Of a stretch of 52,220 nucleotides of DNA, positions 1 to 11,655 are shown piece after piece. Position 1 is the stretch's first letter. Each line of letters begins with the position of its first letter. Location of the stretch: the NCBI GenBank assembly GCA_010405405.1, contig MU004239.1, positions 1,628,722-1,680,941 on the forward strand, given 5' to 3'. Both the position numbers and the translations under genes were made by a program. The DNA comes from Microthyrium microscopicum. Its lineage: Eukaryota. Under the pieces are notes generated by a model, which searched no databases, was not told the origin of the DNA, and saw nothing but the letters and a program-made list of their open reading frames with translations.

Positions 1-1222
1 TCTCGGCGATCTCTTTGCCACTGTTGTCCTTGCGCGCCAATGCGACGGCAAACTCGTTGGGTGCGGTCTCGACGATTCCGCTGAGCTTGCCTTCGGCTGC
101 GAACCGGTGTAGAAGAACTGGAGCTGCGTCGGGTTTGGTTGGATCTACTCTGTAGAGCTCTGGTCGGTCCATGAGAGTTACGTAGAGTAGGCCGTTTGTG
201 CCAACGGCAATGTCTTCTAGCCAGGTGCCTTCGGGAAACTTTTGTAGTAGTTTAGGACCATCAGCTAAAGAGGCTTGTTCTGAGACGACTCGACCAAGAC
301 CAAAACCGTTTGGTCGTGATGGTCCGGATTTCTGGCATGCTGCGGGAACTTTTGGGTTTTTGCGGACAACGTCCAATGTAGCTACAGGACAATTAACTGG
401 TCGTGGTATCGTATTTGTCGGCGTGACTGCGGCGGGAATGTATTGGATGACCGCCTCATTGATCTGTTCCGCGTCTCTGGCGACAAGTTGTGGTGGTGAT
501 CTTTGGCATGGAACGGGCATCTTGGGTCGAGCACCATTAGCGAGTGCAGCTGGCGAGTTTGTTGGACACCGCATAAGAGGTGCCTTTGTAGTTGTTGCCA
601 CAACGTCTTTCTTGATATGTTGGTGCCCACGATCCTTCGGTCCTCCTCGATGCTCACGAGGAGCTTCGCCCTGATGTGGGCGACCAGTGGGCTCGCCATG
701 ATGTACAGTGACCTCAGTATGGCGTGGTCGATCTGTTGGTCTGACTGGATTGGTATAGACTGATCTGGGTGGATCAACCGCTGCGACATCTCTTTTCACC
801 AGACGCTCTGCAGCATCTACAACGTTGTCTCTGTATGAAGGCCTATATCCATCACTGTGGTCTCCTTCGAACTTTCTTGGTCCTCCGGGATTGACGGGCT
901 GTCCATTTAGACCAGTGGGCCTGTGTGGTTGTGCTTTCGGTTCACGATCCCGTATGTCTCGCGCAACTACGATGGGTTCGTCAGCATACGCAGGTCCAGC
1001 AGGTTTCCCCAGATTGGGATCCAAAGGTGTCTCACCACTCAGGTCAACAGGTATTGGCTCTTCAGCATATGCTGGCCCAGCCGGCTTGCCCAAGTTGGCA
1101 TCGAGAGTGGGCTCGGGATATATCTGCCCACCAGTTTGACTGACGTCTGCCGTGATTGTTGCAAAAGCTGGCGAGGCGGCAACAGCTACTGCCAACGAAA
1201 TCAAGTGTAACGAGGGACGCAT
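1..1222 (-). CDS. Secreted protein, truncated by the window edge: signal peptide, repeat-rich pro-region with Kex2-like sites, then a six-bladed beta-propeller (SMP-30/gluconolactonase-like) domain
   Basis: Manual translation from ATG 1222 is open to position 1, so it is absent from the ORF track. It begins MRPSLHLISLAVAVAASPAFA (signal peptide). From about nt 250 it reads FPEGTWLEDIAVGTNGLLYVTLMDRPELYRVDP...LLHRF...LSGIVETAPNEFAV, resembling the first blades of fungal secreted propeller proteins. Confidence 0.85.
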   Translation of the reverse strand, partial: MRPSLHLISLAVAVAASPAFATITADVSQTGGQIYPEPTLDANLGKPAGPAYAEEPIPVDLSGETPLDPNLGKPAGPAYADEPIVVARDIRDREPKAQPHRPTGLNGQPVNPGGPRKFEGDHSDGYRPSYRDNVVDAAERLVKRDVAAVDPPRSVYTNPVRPTDRPRHTEVTVHHGEPTGRPHQGEAPREHRGGPKDRGHQHIKKDVVATTTKAPLMRCPTNSPAALANGARPKMPVPCQRSPPQLVARDAEQINEAVIQYIPAAVTPTNTIPRPVNCPVATLDVVRKNPKVPAACQKSGPSRPNGFGLGRVVSEQASLADGPKLLQKFPEGTWLEDIAVGTNGLLYVTLMDRPELYRVDPTKPDAAPVLLHRFAAEGKLSGIVETAPNEFAVALARKDNSGKEIAE

Positions 1223-1780
1223 GTTCAATGTTGATGGTTGTGGAACAAAATTCTCATAGCATTACCCAGACTCCAGAAATCCCGTGGCGATAATGGTCGT
1301 TTTGTGCAAGTGTGTCGTGAAGATCTCCAGATCTAGAATGAACGGTGTTTTCATTTTTCCAAGCTTTTTAAATTAGATGAATATAAATTGGATTGCATTG
1401 ACACTCCTGGAAGAATGAATCGACCAGAGATCGGGAAGAGAGGGCAAGCATCAACCCGGGAACTGTATATTAAATTCAAGCGGTTTGCCTCCAAGTGCAA
1501 TTTTACGGGAAAATAGGTATCATAGAAGTTGAGTTGCATTATTTTTAGCTCCCCGATTCGTTCGGCCCCAGAATTTCACCGTGACGGAAAAATTGGCATT
1601 GACATCGTGTAATAGTGTATCTCTCGCGGCCCGATTTGCCTATCCTTGGAGAACCATACATCGATCAAGTCTCGGCCAAACGCTCGGCCAAATCTGAAGG
1701 CCATATATCTTACATGCTTGTTGAAATCGACGTGAGCTTAATTCTAGCTGCATTCGTTCCTAAAAGGCCCCGAAATCCTA

Positions 1781-3387
1781 TCAATATAGGATTCTTGTTC
1801 TGATACGAGCTAAAACGGAAAATTAGCCTCAAAAGCTCCGGTTATTCGTGGGGATGGTAAACTTACAGCTCAAATCTTCAAGGTTTTGCCATAAATCTTT
1901 GATTTCTGGTTGGCGAACGTTACTAATGTCCGCCATCAGATAGGCGACTTCGCCCCGACTGTCCGTCATTTGCTTGTCGACATTATGGTTTGAAAGTACT
2001 TCATTAACTGCAACAAGTCAGCTATATGGCACTGCGATACGGTTTCATGGACATACCTTTGCGTAGTACACCGGGGACGTTCTTATGAATGAAAATAACC
2101 CGGGCATGATCAGGTTCTTGATCAGTTAATCCTCGGAGACTAACTTCTGGCATGTTGACAGCGCCAACTGTAGTGCCCTCATTAACGTATTTGACCAGGG
2201 CGGTACTGACTTCTACCCCAATGGCACTTTGAGCCTCTTCCGTGCTTCCGCCAATATGTGGAGTTAAGATGAGATTTTTCAAAGACCGCAAATCATCTGT
2301 CCAGGCCCCTTTACCACTTTGCAATGACGAGTCGTTGAAGTAGTCGCCATTGCCTTTTGGCTCTGCTGGATAAACATCAATGGCAGCACCAGCAAGCTTC
2401 TGAGTGCGCATTGCATCAACTAGAGCTGGTATGTCGACCACCGATCCGCGGCTGTTGTTGATGAGGTAGCTTCCGTCTCTCATCTTTGCAAATTGGTCTG
2501 GACCGATCATGTTCTTGGTCTCTGGTAGCTCGGGGACATGAAGAGTCACGAAATCAGCTCTTGAAAGAAGTTCGTCTAGAGTCTTGACTTGTCGAGCTAT
2601 TCCCATGGCCATGAGTGGTATCACGTCGTAGTAGATCACGCTCATGCCCATGCCTTCAGCCAAAACGCTAAGCTGAGAGCCAATGTGACCATATCCAACT
2701 ATTCCAAGAGTCTTGCCACGAACTTCCCAGCATCCAGCGCTAACCTTGTTCCATGTACCATTGTGCAGCTCTGCGCTGCGGTCTGTTAATTGACGGGCCA
2801 GACAAACGATTTCGGCAATTGTAAGTTCAGCAACTGATCGTGAATTTGAAAACGGCGAGTTGAAAACGGCTACTCCATGTTGAGCAGCTGCTTGCAAATC
2901 TACCTGATTTGTACCAATGCAGAAGCATCCTATAACGATCAAGCTCTTTGCAGCTTCAAGAACCCTCGCGGTGAGTTGTGTTTTGGAGCGAATACCAATT
3001 ACATGTACGTCTCTACGATAGCATTAGCTGACAGGTAGTTGTACATCATCAATGGACATACTTGATCTTTTCTATTAGTTCATCTTCTCCAAGACTGCTT
3101 TTCATCGTTTCGACTTGATATCCCTGCTCTTCCAAGATTTCGATACCGGTTTGATTGACATTTTCTAGCAATAGCACTTTGATATCTGCGGTCTGGAACG
3201 GTTTGAGTGATTTAGTTCTTGCCAGATTAGCAAGACTTTGTGACTGTGACTGTGATCCCGGAGGCGAGTGGAATGATAGGACTGGGGAGGTGGAAAGGCT
3301 CATGCCTTGATTGAATGACAGATTGGCCGCGAAGCTTCCACTTCTTGACACTTTGTGGCTTGAGACGATATCGTATGGTTGCGCCAT
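1781..3387 (-). CDS. SER3: D-3-phosphoglycerate dehydrogenase, 4 exons (3387-3062, 3012-2057, 2007-1867, 1809-1781)
   Basis: Motifs KVLLLENVN, VIGIRSKT, GCFCIGTNQVD, Rossmann GIVGYGHIG, LTPHIGGSTEEAQ, and an ACT-like C-terminus ending SRIRTRILY*. Three GT..AG introns restore the frame. Confidence 0.97.
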
Positions 3388-3569
3388 GATCTTGATATTG
3401 CAATGAGGAAACCAAGGTAGAGAGATGAAGTTACGATAAAAACAAGCACCGGTGTAACTGGTGACTTTGTAGTAAGGAGAACAATGCAGGTACGCGGGGC
3501 GCGCCACGCGAATCATCAAGTCAAAAAAACTGGTGGGGTGAAATTTTGCGGATGACGTTTTCGAGTTTT

Positions 3570-3576
3570 TGACTCA
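3570..3576. promoter_or_regulatory. Gcn4/CpcA (cross-pathway control) element TGACTCA upstream of SER3
   Basis: Perfect TGACTCA about 180 bp upstream of the ATG of an amino-acid biosynthetic gene. Confidence 0.55.
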
Positions 3577-4099
3577 CCCAAATCACATCATTCCCAACAT
3601 GTATTTGTTGTAGGTAATAGTGCTTCTTTGAAGATCAAGTACAAAACAAATACTCACAGTTCATCTTTTCAGAATCTGTAATTCACCCTAGACTTCTCGG
3701 TACGCTTTCCAAGTCTATTACGTACACAGAACCACGTATTTCCAAAGCTTTGGAACCAATTTACCGAGGCCAACTGCAATATAATTCCGGTAACGTTGAG
3801 TTGAAAATATTAGCATGGAGTATACAGCAATTTCAGTTTCAATATCATAAACTCCCGCTATGTAATGTTTACTCTGCAAACCACTTCTTTCAAGAGCAAA
3901 AATACTTGGGTTAGATCGACATGGCTTAACACAAATTTTGAGCATATCTGAAGCTGTTAGCATGTTAGATCATCCATATATGGCAATGTATGGTTCTCGA
4001 AAGGAAGCAGACAGTTGGTCAACTCTTCAAACAAGATAGCCAGCTTTCCATCAAGACTCTTCAAAGAGAAAGATTGGCTCGGAATCAAATCAGCCAACG

Positions 4100-6428
4100 A
4101 AGAGGAGGAGGCAAAGTACTTGTTGGATATCAAGTACGGAACTGTGAGAATGAGACAGACGATTTTGTCGTGATGGAAGAACAGGAATCACCGGAGTGAG
4201 CTTCATATAGCTGTTTGCGGCCAAAAACCAGGCCGTCAGCCGACTCAAATCGCCGTTGTAGAAGCCGTATTTGTTGTCTGAGATCCGGATACAGTGGTGT
4301 TGCTCCAGGTCGAATTACCCAGTCGGACACATACGGCATTGTATGAATCTCCGTCAGTGGTGGAGAGTCCATCATAGATGCCGTTGTTGCAGTCGGTACC
4401 AGCCCACGGATTCCACTTGAGAGCATCCGCGGCAGTCACATTGTGTTCTTCCGAAAGATCATCACAATCATAGTCTAGAGACTTTAGTACGGGAAAGGTC
4501 GTTTATAGACGAATAAAACTTACAGCATTTGTCGATACCAATCATCGCTCGGAAGCATTTGCAGTACGGGTTAGTTCCAGCCTTTGTTCTTGAGCGGGCA
4601 ACCTCATCACACAAGTAATAGAATGGAATAAGCGGTTTTACTAAGGCGTGAGGTCAATAAATGGTCACCAAAGTTGACGGGACGCATCAAAGGATACTTA
4701 CTACCTACGGGACGTGTACAGTATCTCAAATTTGGAAGTAGTGTATATTTACCGGTTGTGTTTCCTGCAATCAAGCTCGGATTCAAGTCAAAAGATCGGC
4801 AATGGAAATGCCGTAGACTGCTGTAGTAGTATTGCAATAGAGTTCAGTCGGGTTGTAGGAAGTCTGATCATTGACATTCTCTGCCTGCTCAGCGAAGTCA
4901 GGTCGGGGGAAACCATATTCATGACTTGTGCAATTCGACCAGGTGCCAGGTGCCAGAGAAGATTGAATCGACAGAAGACGTTCACTCAGTGGACCGATAG
5001 AATGAGTCAGTCGAGCACATATCTGCGAATATGAAATGTCTCCTTACCTGACGCAAATGAAATGAGATAGAAGGTCCATGATGTTGCTACAATCACGATC
5101 GAAACTCGGATTCCATATATCTAATTGAACTCTGGTAAGAGCACCATTTGAACCCTCAACAATTGACTCACAGGTATCCCCTGGGACGCCAAGGTGGGTC
5201 AGACATTGCAAACCAATACAGAGGTTTGCTCCCCAGTGCAGCCCTCGGCATTAGCTATCATACTTGTTAAATTGCAATAGAGACCAAGTAGAGACAGAGT
5301 ATTGCAACACGATAGACGCGCAGGAGTCTCGCTCGCTCACTATGCGCAAGTTGCGACATCTGGATTCTGGTATAGTGGCCAACTCTTCGGTAAGCGCGGA
5401 GCAAGCGTATATGTAGCCGGTCAGTGAATGTATATGCTGTTTTGCTGCAGCTTGATGTCCGAGAGTGGAAGTCTTCTTCGTACCCCGAGTCATACCCAAA
5501 GGGAGAGTTTAGAATTGTGACCATTTCGTCCAACACACAGTCCGAGCATTCCTGCTCTGGAGTGGCGTGTTTCTGATAGTCCAATCCTCTTCGTAACGTA
5601 TCGCAGAATTGACCCGAAACTCTATTTTCCACCAAGCTCAGGTCATTGCAGTGGCTTTGTGGATAAGGTGAGTGAGCAGTCACATTGGGCTTCCCCTTAT
5701 TGACAACAACAGCCATCATCAACTTTTACCAAGAGAAATGCTCTACAATTTTCATTGCGGTCGATGAGACGACGTTGACTTTGCGTAGGTATCTGACTAG
5801 GAAATGGAGCATTTGATCCAATGCCTTCTTAAGTGGTGACTATGCCCACTTACTAAACGATCAATTGTAGTTGCCTGCTTTTTCGTCCGGAGAGAGAATG
5901 AAGATAAATGTGACTTACGAGTCCTTTTGGCACGATACTTGATATGCATAGATATATTGATCAACAATCCAGGTTGCTAGAAGCGAACTTATCTCAGCTT
6001 TTCCGTACTGAGAAGACTTGAAAGAGGAGATCTGACCTGGAAATACAGCACCGTAACTCTCGAGAGAGTTCTCCGGCGCAGGACAAGCTTGCTGAATGGT
6101 GTTGCGGGCAGAGGTTGGATTAGAAAGACATTGCGTTGTGCAAAGTGCGGATAATTGGTCTGAATCGAGCCTCGGGCTCCTGGAGAACAGATCAGTACAA
6201 AGCTTGTATCAAAACGTGCAGAATGGTTAAGTTTGAGTGAAGCCGATGAGAATATCAGAACAGTTAATAGTTGTGTTCAAGGGAATGCTGCATTCCGAAC
6301 TGATAGATGGCTACCTACCTAAGGTATCCGCTATGGGAGATCTAGTGTATTGTTGGGCAGAACAGCATAAAATCTTGATGCTCGCGGTAAGACCGCATAG
6401 GGCCAGAAATAAAGGTCGTAAAATGCAT
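4100..6428 (-). pseudogene. Decayed secreted multi-LysM protein (about 5 fungal LysM modules)
   Basis: Fragments in order: frameshifted signal peptide (LRPLFLALCGLTAS), ECSIPLNTTINCS, LSALCTTQCLS..RNTIQQAC, ECSDCVL..LNSPFGYD..TSSC. LysM-like units follow: DSCASI..YSVS..LLQFN, GDTCESI..WNPSFDRDCSNI..ICV, NPSL..RYC, WNPWAGTDCNN..AVCV, GDSCSSI..QFRT*YP. In-frame stops at 6313-6311, 5253-5251 and 4132-4130, plus several frameshifts. Confidence 0.85.
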
Positions 6429-7083
6429 TAGTTTAGGAGGATCAATGATTGCGGTAGCGAGCGCTGAGCAGAGCAAGTCCGGTCGCATGTAACGTGCTGA
6501 GCGCTAAAGAGCTGAGAGTCTTAAGGTTGATACTCTAGAAATCCCCGGCTCTTGAACTTGGACTAAAAGAGTCATTTGTAACGAAGCCTGTTGTTTACAG
6601 AAAGGGACGGTATTTTGGTTCGGACATTCAAATGGGATGTTGATGCTCTTGGCGGTGTGTATTTTGATCCTCCTGAAGTCAGTCTCAGAAAGCCCCCTGA
6701 GATAAAAATAGCCCATAACAACTGCACTTGAACAGTTAATTAACATTGATTTCTTTTTGGTTCAAAATCTGGAGTGGACAATGACTTTCAACTCGTAAAG
6801 GTACCTTCGATTTTACTATACTGGCTGTACAATTAGCAAACTTCTGGCAAATGGAGAAATACACTTCCACCATGAGATGAAGTAGAGAAAAGTGCTCGCC
6901 TCTGGTTTACATGGTACTATGTGGAGTTTACTATTTCTGTGTCAGTTTTGGTGAAATGGCGGGTTGATTTCTACGGTACCTTCTCAGGAATGACTCCCAC
7001 TCCCACTTCGCCCACTTCTACGATAACACATCACACCATTTTAACCTCGACCAACTCAGGCCCATAACCACCAATATGCCGTC

Positions 7084-7686
7084 ATGGCAAAAGTCCAGCA
7101 AAACTCCAAGAAAGAACGAAAAGTGGCGAATAAGCATCTGCACTCTCGTGTTTCCTTTCTCCACCAGGCTGCCAACCTCGTAGCCAACATCTCGGCATCA
7201 AATTCGGAAATTAAATCCACCACACGGAATAAAAACCAACAATTTCAGCATCCAACACAGTGCGATCCAGATGATGAACCCTCTAGCCACCAAGAGCCAT
7301 CAAATTCTTCAGCACCCAGTGACGAGACGAGCTTGAAAATCAAGAATTCATACGCCCTCTCCGGCTACCTTTCATCGCACATCATCACCCTCCAGCGCAA
7401 AAGCAACGACGTCAAATTGACGCGCGAAATCAAGCGCACCATATGCAAGCGATGCAACACACTCCTACTTCCCGGAAAGACGTCGTCGTCTAAAGTGGAG
7501 AATAAGAGTCGAGGAGGCAAGAAGGCCTGGGCTGATGTGCTAGTGGAGACCTGTCTGCTTTGTGGTATGGAGAAGCGATATCCTGTTGGCGCAAAGAAAC
7601 AGCTCTCGAAGAAGGATCGTATAAAAATTGATGAGACGAATGATGAAGAACTTCAAAGCAGTACAGAAATTAATGCAACAGAGTAG
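7084..7686 (+). CDS. RPR2: RNase P subunit Rpr2/Rpp21 family
   Basis: HLHSRVSFLHQAA N-terminal helix; REIKRTICKRCNTLLLPG and TCLLCG zinc-binding CxxC pairs. Confidence 0.9.
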   Translation: MAKVQQNSKKERKVANKHLHSRVSFLHQAANLVANISASNSEIKSTTRNKNQQFQHPTQCDPDDEPSSHQEPSNSSAPSDETSLKIKNSYALSGYLSSHIITLQRKSNDVKLTREIKRTICKRCNTLLLPGKTSSSKVENKSRGGKKAWADVLVETCLLCGMEKRYPVGAKKQLSKKDRIKIDETNDEELQSSTEINATE

Positions 7687-8030
7687 TTTGCCGGAAATCG
7701 AAGACGCACGCGCACAAGAGTCAGATATATATGCTAGAAGTATCAAATCTTGATATCCCACTTTTTCTCACAGATTTACTTTTATTTCGACTTCAAGTTT
7801 GTCATGCTGAGTGGAGGAAATCAAGCGGCTACTCCCGCATAGTGTAAGCTTGACATGGGACAGTGGAGTTGATGATGGAAGAACTCAAAACTCCACAGTG
7901 ATTCCTTCAAATTGACAGCGATATCTACATTCCTCTTAATAATTCTAGCATCATTTGAATAGCTCACCATTTCCACTTTACCGCAACACCAGCAATAATA
8001 TACTTGCTGTAATACATCCAGATTAGCCAA

Positions 8031-8937
8031 ATGGCCGACCAAGTAACCCCGCGGCTCTTCATCATACGACATGGCGAGACAGAATGGTCCCTTAACGGAC
8101 GGTACCAGCCGCCCATGAAGACCTTTTCAAGCTTTAATCTAACACAGCTACAGACATACCGGTAGCACCGATATCCCGCTCACAGCAAATGGCGAGAAGC
8201 GAGTCATCGCCACCGGCAAAGCACTCGTCGGCAAAGACAGAATGATAGTGCCCGGCGATTTAGCACACATGTACCTTCCCTCAATCTCCCAAGTCTTCCC
8301 AGCTTCCAAACATCTAACAGGCTTTTCAGATATGTGTCCCCACGCAAGCGGGCCCAACGCACACTGGAGCTCCTCGGCATTGGCTGCCGCGAGAAATTCC
8401 CCTGGCACGACTCACACAATGGCGCAGAAGTAAGAACTGACGCGTCCATTGAGATCACAGAAGCCGTGCGAGAGTGGGACTATGGTGGTTATGAAGGCAA
8501 AACGAGTGCGCAGATTCGCGTGGAAAGGAATGAGAAGGGGTTGTCTGAGAACTGGGATATTTGGTCTCAGGGGTGTCCAGGTGGAGAGTGAGTTATACCT
8601 ACTGCCTAATAACTACTATGTTTACCGTGCTGATGCTTCATCTAGGTCACCGCAGCAGGTAGAGGAGAGGCTGGACAAGCTCATTGCAGAGATCCGCGCC
8701 AAATGGCATGCGCCCGTGATGGGCAAGGACAGGAAAGGATGTGGGCCTGGTGATGTGTTGGTGGTGGCTCATGGACATATTGGAAGAGCGTTTGTTGCGC
8801 GGTGGGTGGGTAAGAATATTATGGAGAATCCGTCTTTGATATTGGAGGCTGGTGGTGTTGGGTGCTTGAGTTATGAGCATCATAATATCAAGGAGCCGGC
8901 GATCGTCTTGGGAGCTGCTTTTACGGTTCCGCAGTAG
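8031..8937 (+). CDS. SHB17: Histidine phosphatase (phosphoglycerate mutase family), sedoheptulose-1,7-bisphosphatase-like; 3 introns
   Basis: Spliced product [34 protein letters not shown]...YVSPRKRAQRT...EWDYGGYEG...WDIWSQGCPGGESP...VLVVAHGH, with the RHG catalytic motif. Confidence 0.88.
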
Positions 8938-9225
8938 CAGATGTTAGAGTAGCAATGTGTTGTCTTCATCGAAGTACTGCTAGATATCCGGTTAGTGTCA
9001 TGCTCCCTATCAAATGCTTCTTTCAGAACATACCCGAATGAGGATGCTACACGCAACATTGATGGAACACGCTCAACGACCACCATCAACTCATTAATTA
9101 ATAGTACATTTTACGTAAACTCATAAGGGCTGTATACCACCCAGATGCCTACAAAATCTAATGCTACAATGCGTCCCCAAGAACCGGTACTCCCTTGAAC
9201 GCCTTCACCAATTGCTACTCGACTC

Positions 9226-10939
9226 CTAAACATTATTCACAAAGTGGAAAAACTCAAACTCGGGCGCCCCACCAGCAACCTTATCCGCACTATTCGGCTT
9301 CTTGATCCGCGGACAAAACTTTTGCGCATCTGCGCGCCATTGTTGGTGCCCCATATACATGCCTGGGAAGACCTTGGGAAAGTCGTTTTTGAAGCTTTCA
9401 ATGTTCTTCTCCCATGGCTTGAATAGCTTGCTATAGTGCATTACGACAAATTGGGAGTGTAGTTCGCCGAGGGCGCCGCGATTCGGATGTGTGCCGGGTT
9501 GGTATGGGTACGGCGGTGGTTGTTCTGGTGCTTTTGGTTTGGCTGGTGCGCTTGGAACGGTGGGAGGAGAGGCGGGTTTTGACGGTGCTGCAGCTGCTTG
9601 AGCAGGTGTTGATGGTGGGGAATCTGCGTGGGCGTTGGAATCAGGATGTGGAGGGTCTGGTTGCTTGGGTTTGGATTCAATGCTTGGATCGGATGCTTTG
9701 GTTTTATCTTCGGCGGCTTTTGCTGCGGCATTCTCTGTGGTTAGATATATTAGTGTCTAGTTGTAGAACCGACGCGATTGGGAGCAACTTACTCTCCTCC
9801 TCGGCTTTGGCTTTTTGCTTCTCCTTTTCAGCCTCTTCAGGTGTGAGGATTTCACCCAAGTCCTCGTCCTTAAGATCATCATCGACTTTGAGTTCTTGCC
9901 TCTTCTTCAATTTATGCGGTGCTGGTACATCAGTAGGCGCCCATTGCTCTTCCTTCTTCTCCTCTTTCGCAGGTTGAGGCGCTTTGTCACCTCCAGAATT
10001 GATCTGAAGTACTTCCCAAAGATCTTCCAATTTGGCTTTGCTGTACTCCTTGACCATTCCCTCTCGATGTAGATCTCCTTCTGGTCGGAACCATTTTGGC
10101 AAATCCCAGTCAACGAAATGGCTATCTTGTGCGCCATATTGTCCGGGTAGAAGCATGGCAGTCGACTCAAAAACCTGATTGATCAGATCAAAGTCAAACT
10201 CCGAGTCTTTTAGCTTTCCCATCGCAGTCTCAACCTCGGTCCAAAGTCGATCACTGAGAGATATGACCATGAGTGAAGTGCTTATGAAATGATCGCCCTT
10301 CCAATATGCTCGTGGTGCCGCAAGGTCGGTTGAAGGCAGATTGAACAAGGAATCGATTGGATGGTAAATGTATTGATCGGCATCGAGGACGATAACGCGG
10401 CGCAAGTCATGCTCGATTTGGTGCATCTTGAACGCATACAGCTTCAGTAAGGAGCCCTCCTTTGGATTACTTCGTGGATGAGGATGTGTAGGTATTGGCG
10501 TCACGCTGACGGTAACGTTCTGCGTCTCCATCGCTTCTACATATTCTTTTGTGACCTTATCTGTAACGAATGCGAATATGCGATGGGGAGTGCGAAAGTG
10601 TCTTAGTCGTTCAATGTTGATCAAGGCTGAACAGGCGTATTCGTCTTTCGTCGCGTAGAAAACGTATGCGAAGGGAGTTTTACGGAAAAGCATTGGACTG
10701 CCCGTGGGCGCTGGTATTGCCGACTCTGTCGTTGTCGCGGGCACTGGTAGATCGGCATAATGAACTCGTTCTGGTTTTTGTTGATCTGGAGCAGCTAAGG
10801 GTTCATGTGGTTGTTGTATAATGGGAAGGTTGTTATGAGCGGGGGCATGTAATCTGCCACTTTGACCGCGAAAGAGCCATGTTAAGCATACTAAGCCAAA
10901 AACAACGGCACCGATAATACGAGGGAATTTGGCCAACAT
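9226..10939 (-). CDS. Glycosyltransferase family 8 (Gnt1-like), type II membrane protein; one intron near 9793-9737
   Basis: N-terminal TM anchor, FAYVFYAT..YACSALIN, LLKLYAF, DxD motif (VLDAD), AAPRAYW. A gtaagt..ctaaccacag intron joins the ORF in frame to an exon ending VMHYSKLFKPW...NNV*. Confidence 0.88.
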
Positions 10940-11655
10940 ATTGTCTGGGAGATATGGGAAAGAAAGGGAGAACTAGAGGGGAGGAATCCCTTGGGAAGCT
11001 CTAGTGGTATCGTAGATGGTGTACTCGTATGGCAGCCGTGTGGTACCTCCTATGTTGCACAGTACCAAAGATCAAAGAAGTTCAGTGTGACAAAGTAACA
11101 GACATTAGATTTATGGTTATTCGCATTTCGCGACGAAGAAGATGCAAGGTAAATGAAGAAGGTGGAGAAATGAACAAGGAAATCGGGGAAAGAATGAGGT
11201 TGAAGTTCAGCTCAAGCTCTTGGCATGGCCTAGAAGGAAAGCGAATAGGGGTCGTAGACTCGTGGTGTTGTTGGTATCGTGTTTGCAGGGATCCATCATC
11301 CATGTCTACAGATGGCAGATGCTATAAAAAGAATCCACTTGATCTGTCAAAAATCGTTGCAGTTTCAAACCGTAGATATATCAATTTGATTACGTTTGTC
11401 CGTATTATTAGAGGCATACCAGACAATCGAATCATGAGAGCATAGCATCGGTCCTGTGCTTACTTGACCTTTTCATTCACTAATATGGATGGAAAATATG
11501 GTTGTGCAAAGAGCAAGTTAAAAATAACTTATTTTCCATTTCCAGACTCAAGACCGAAACTTCCACAGCTGGAAACAATGAGTTCATGGTTTGATACCGT
11601 ATGATTCTTGAGAATATTGTAAGTGTCGAGGTGCAAGGCATTTGACAAGCTGTCG

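Noticed and set aside
198..1210. Several ORF-track entries (198-674, 382-789, 825-1139 and others)
   Set aside because: Antisense or out-of-frame shadows of the minus-strand gene starting at 1222.
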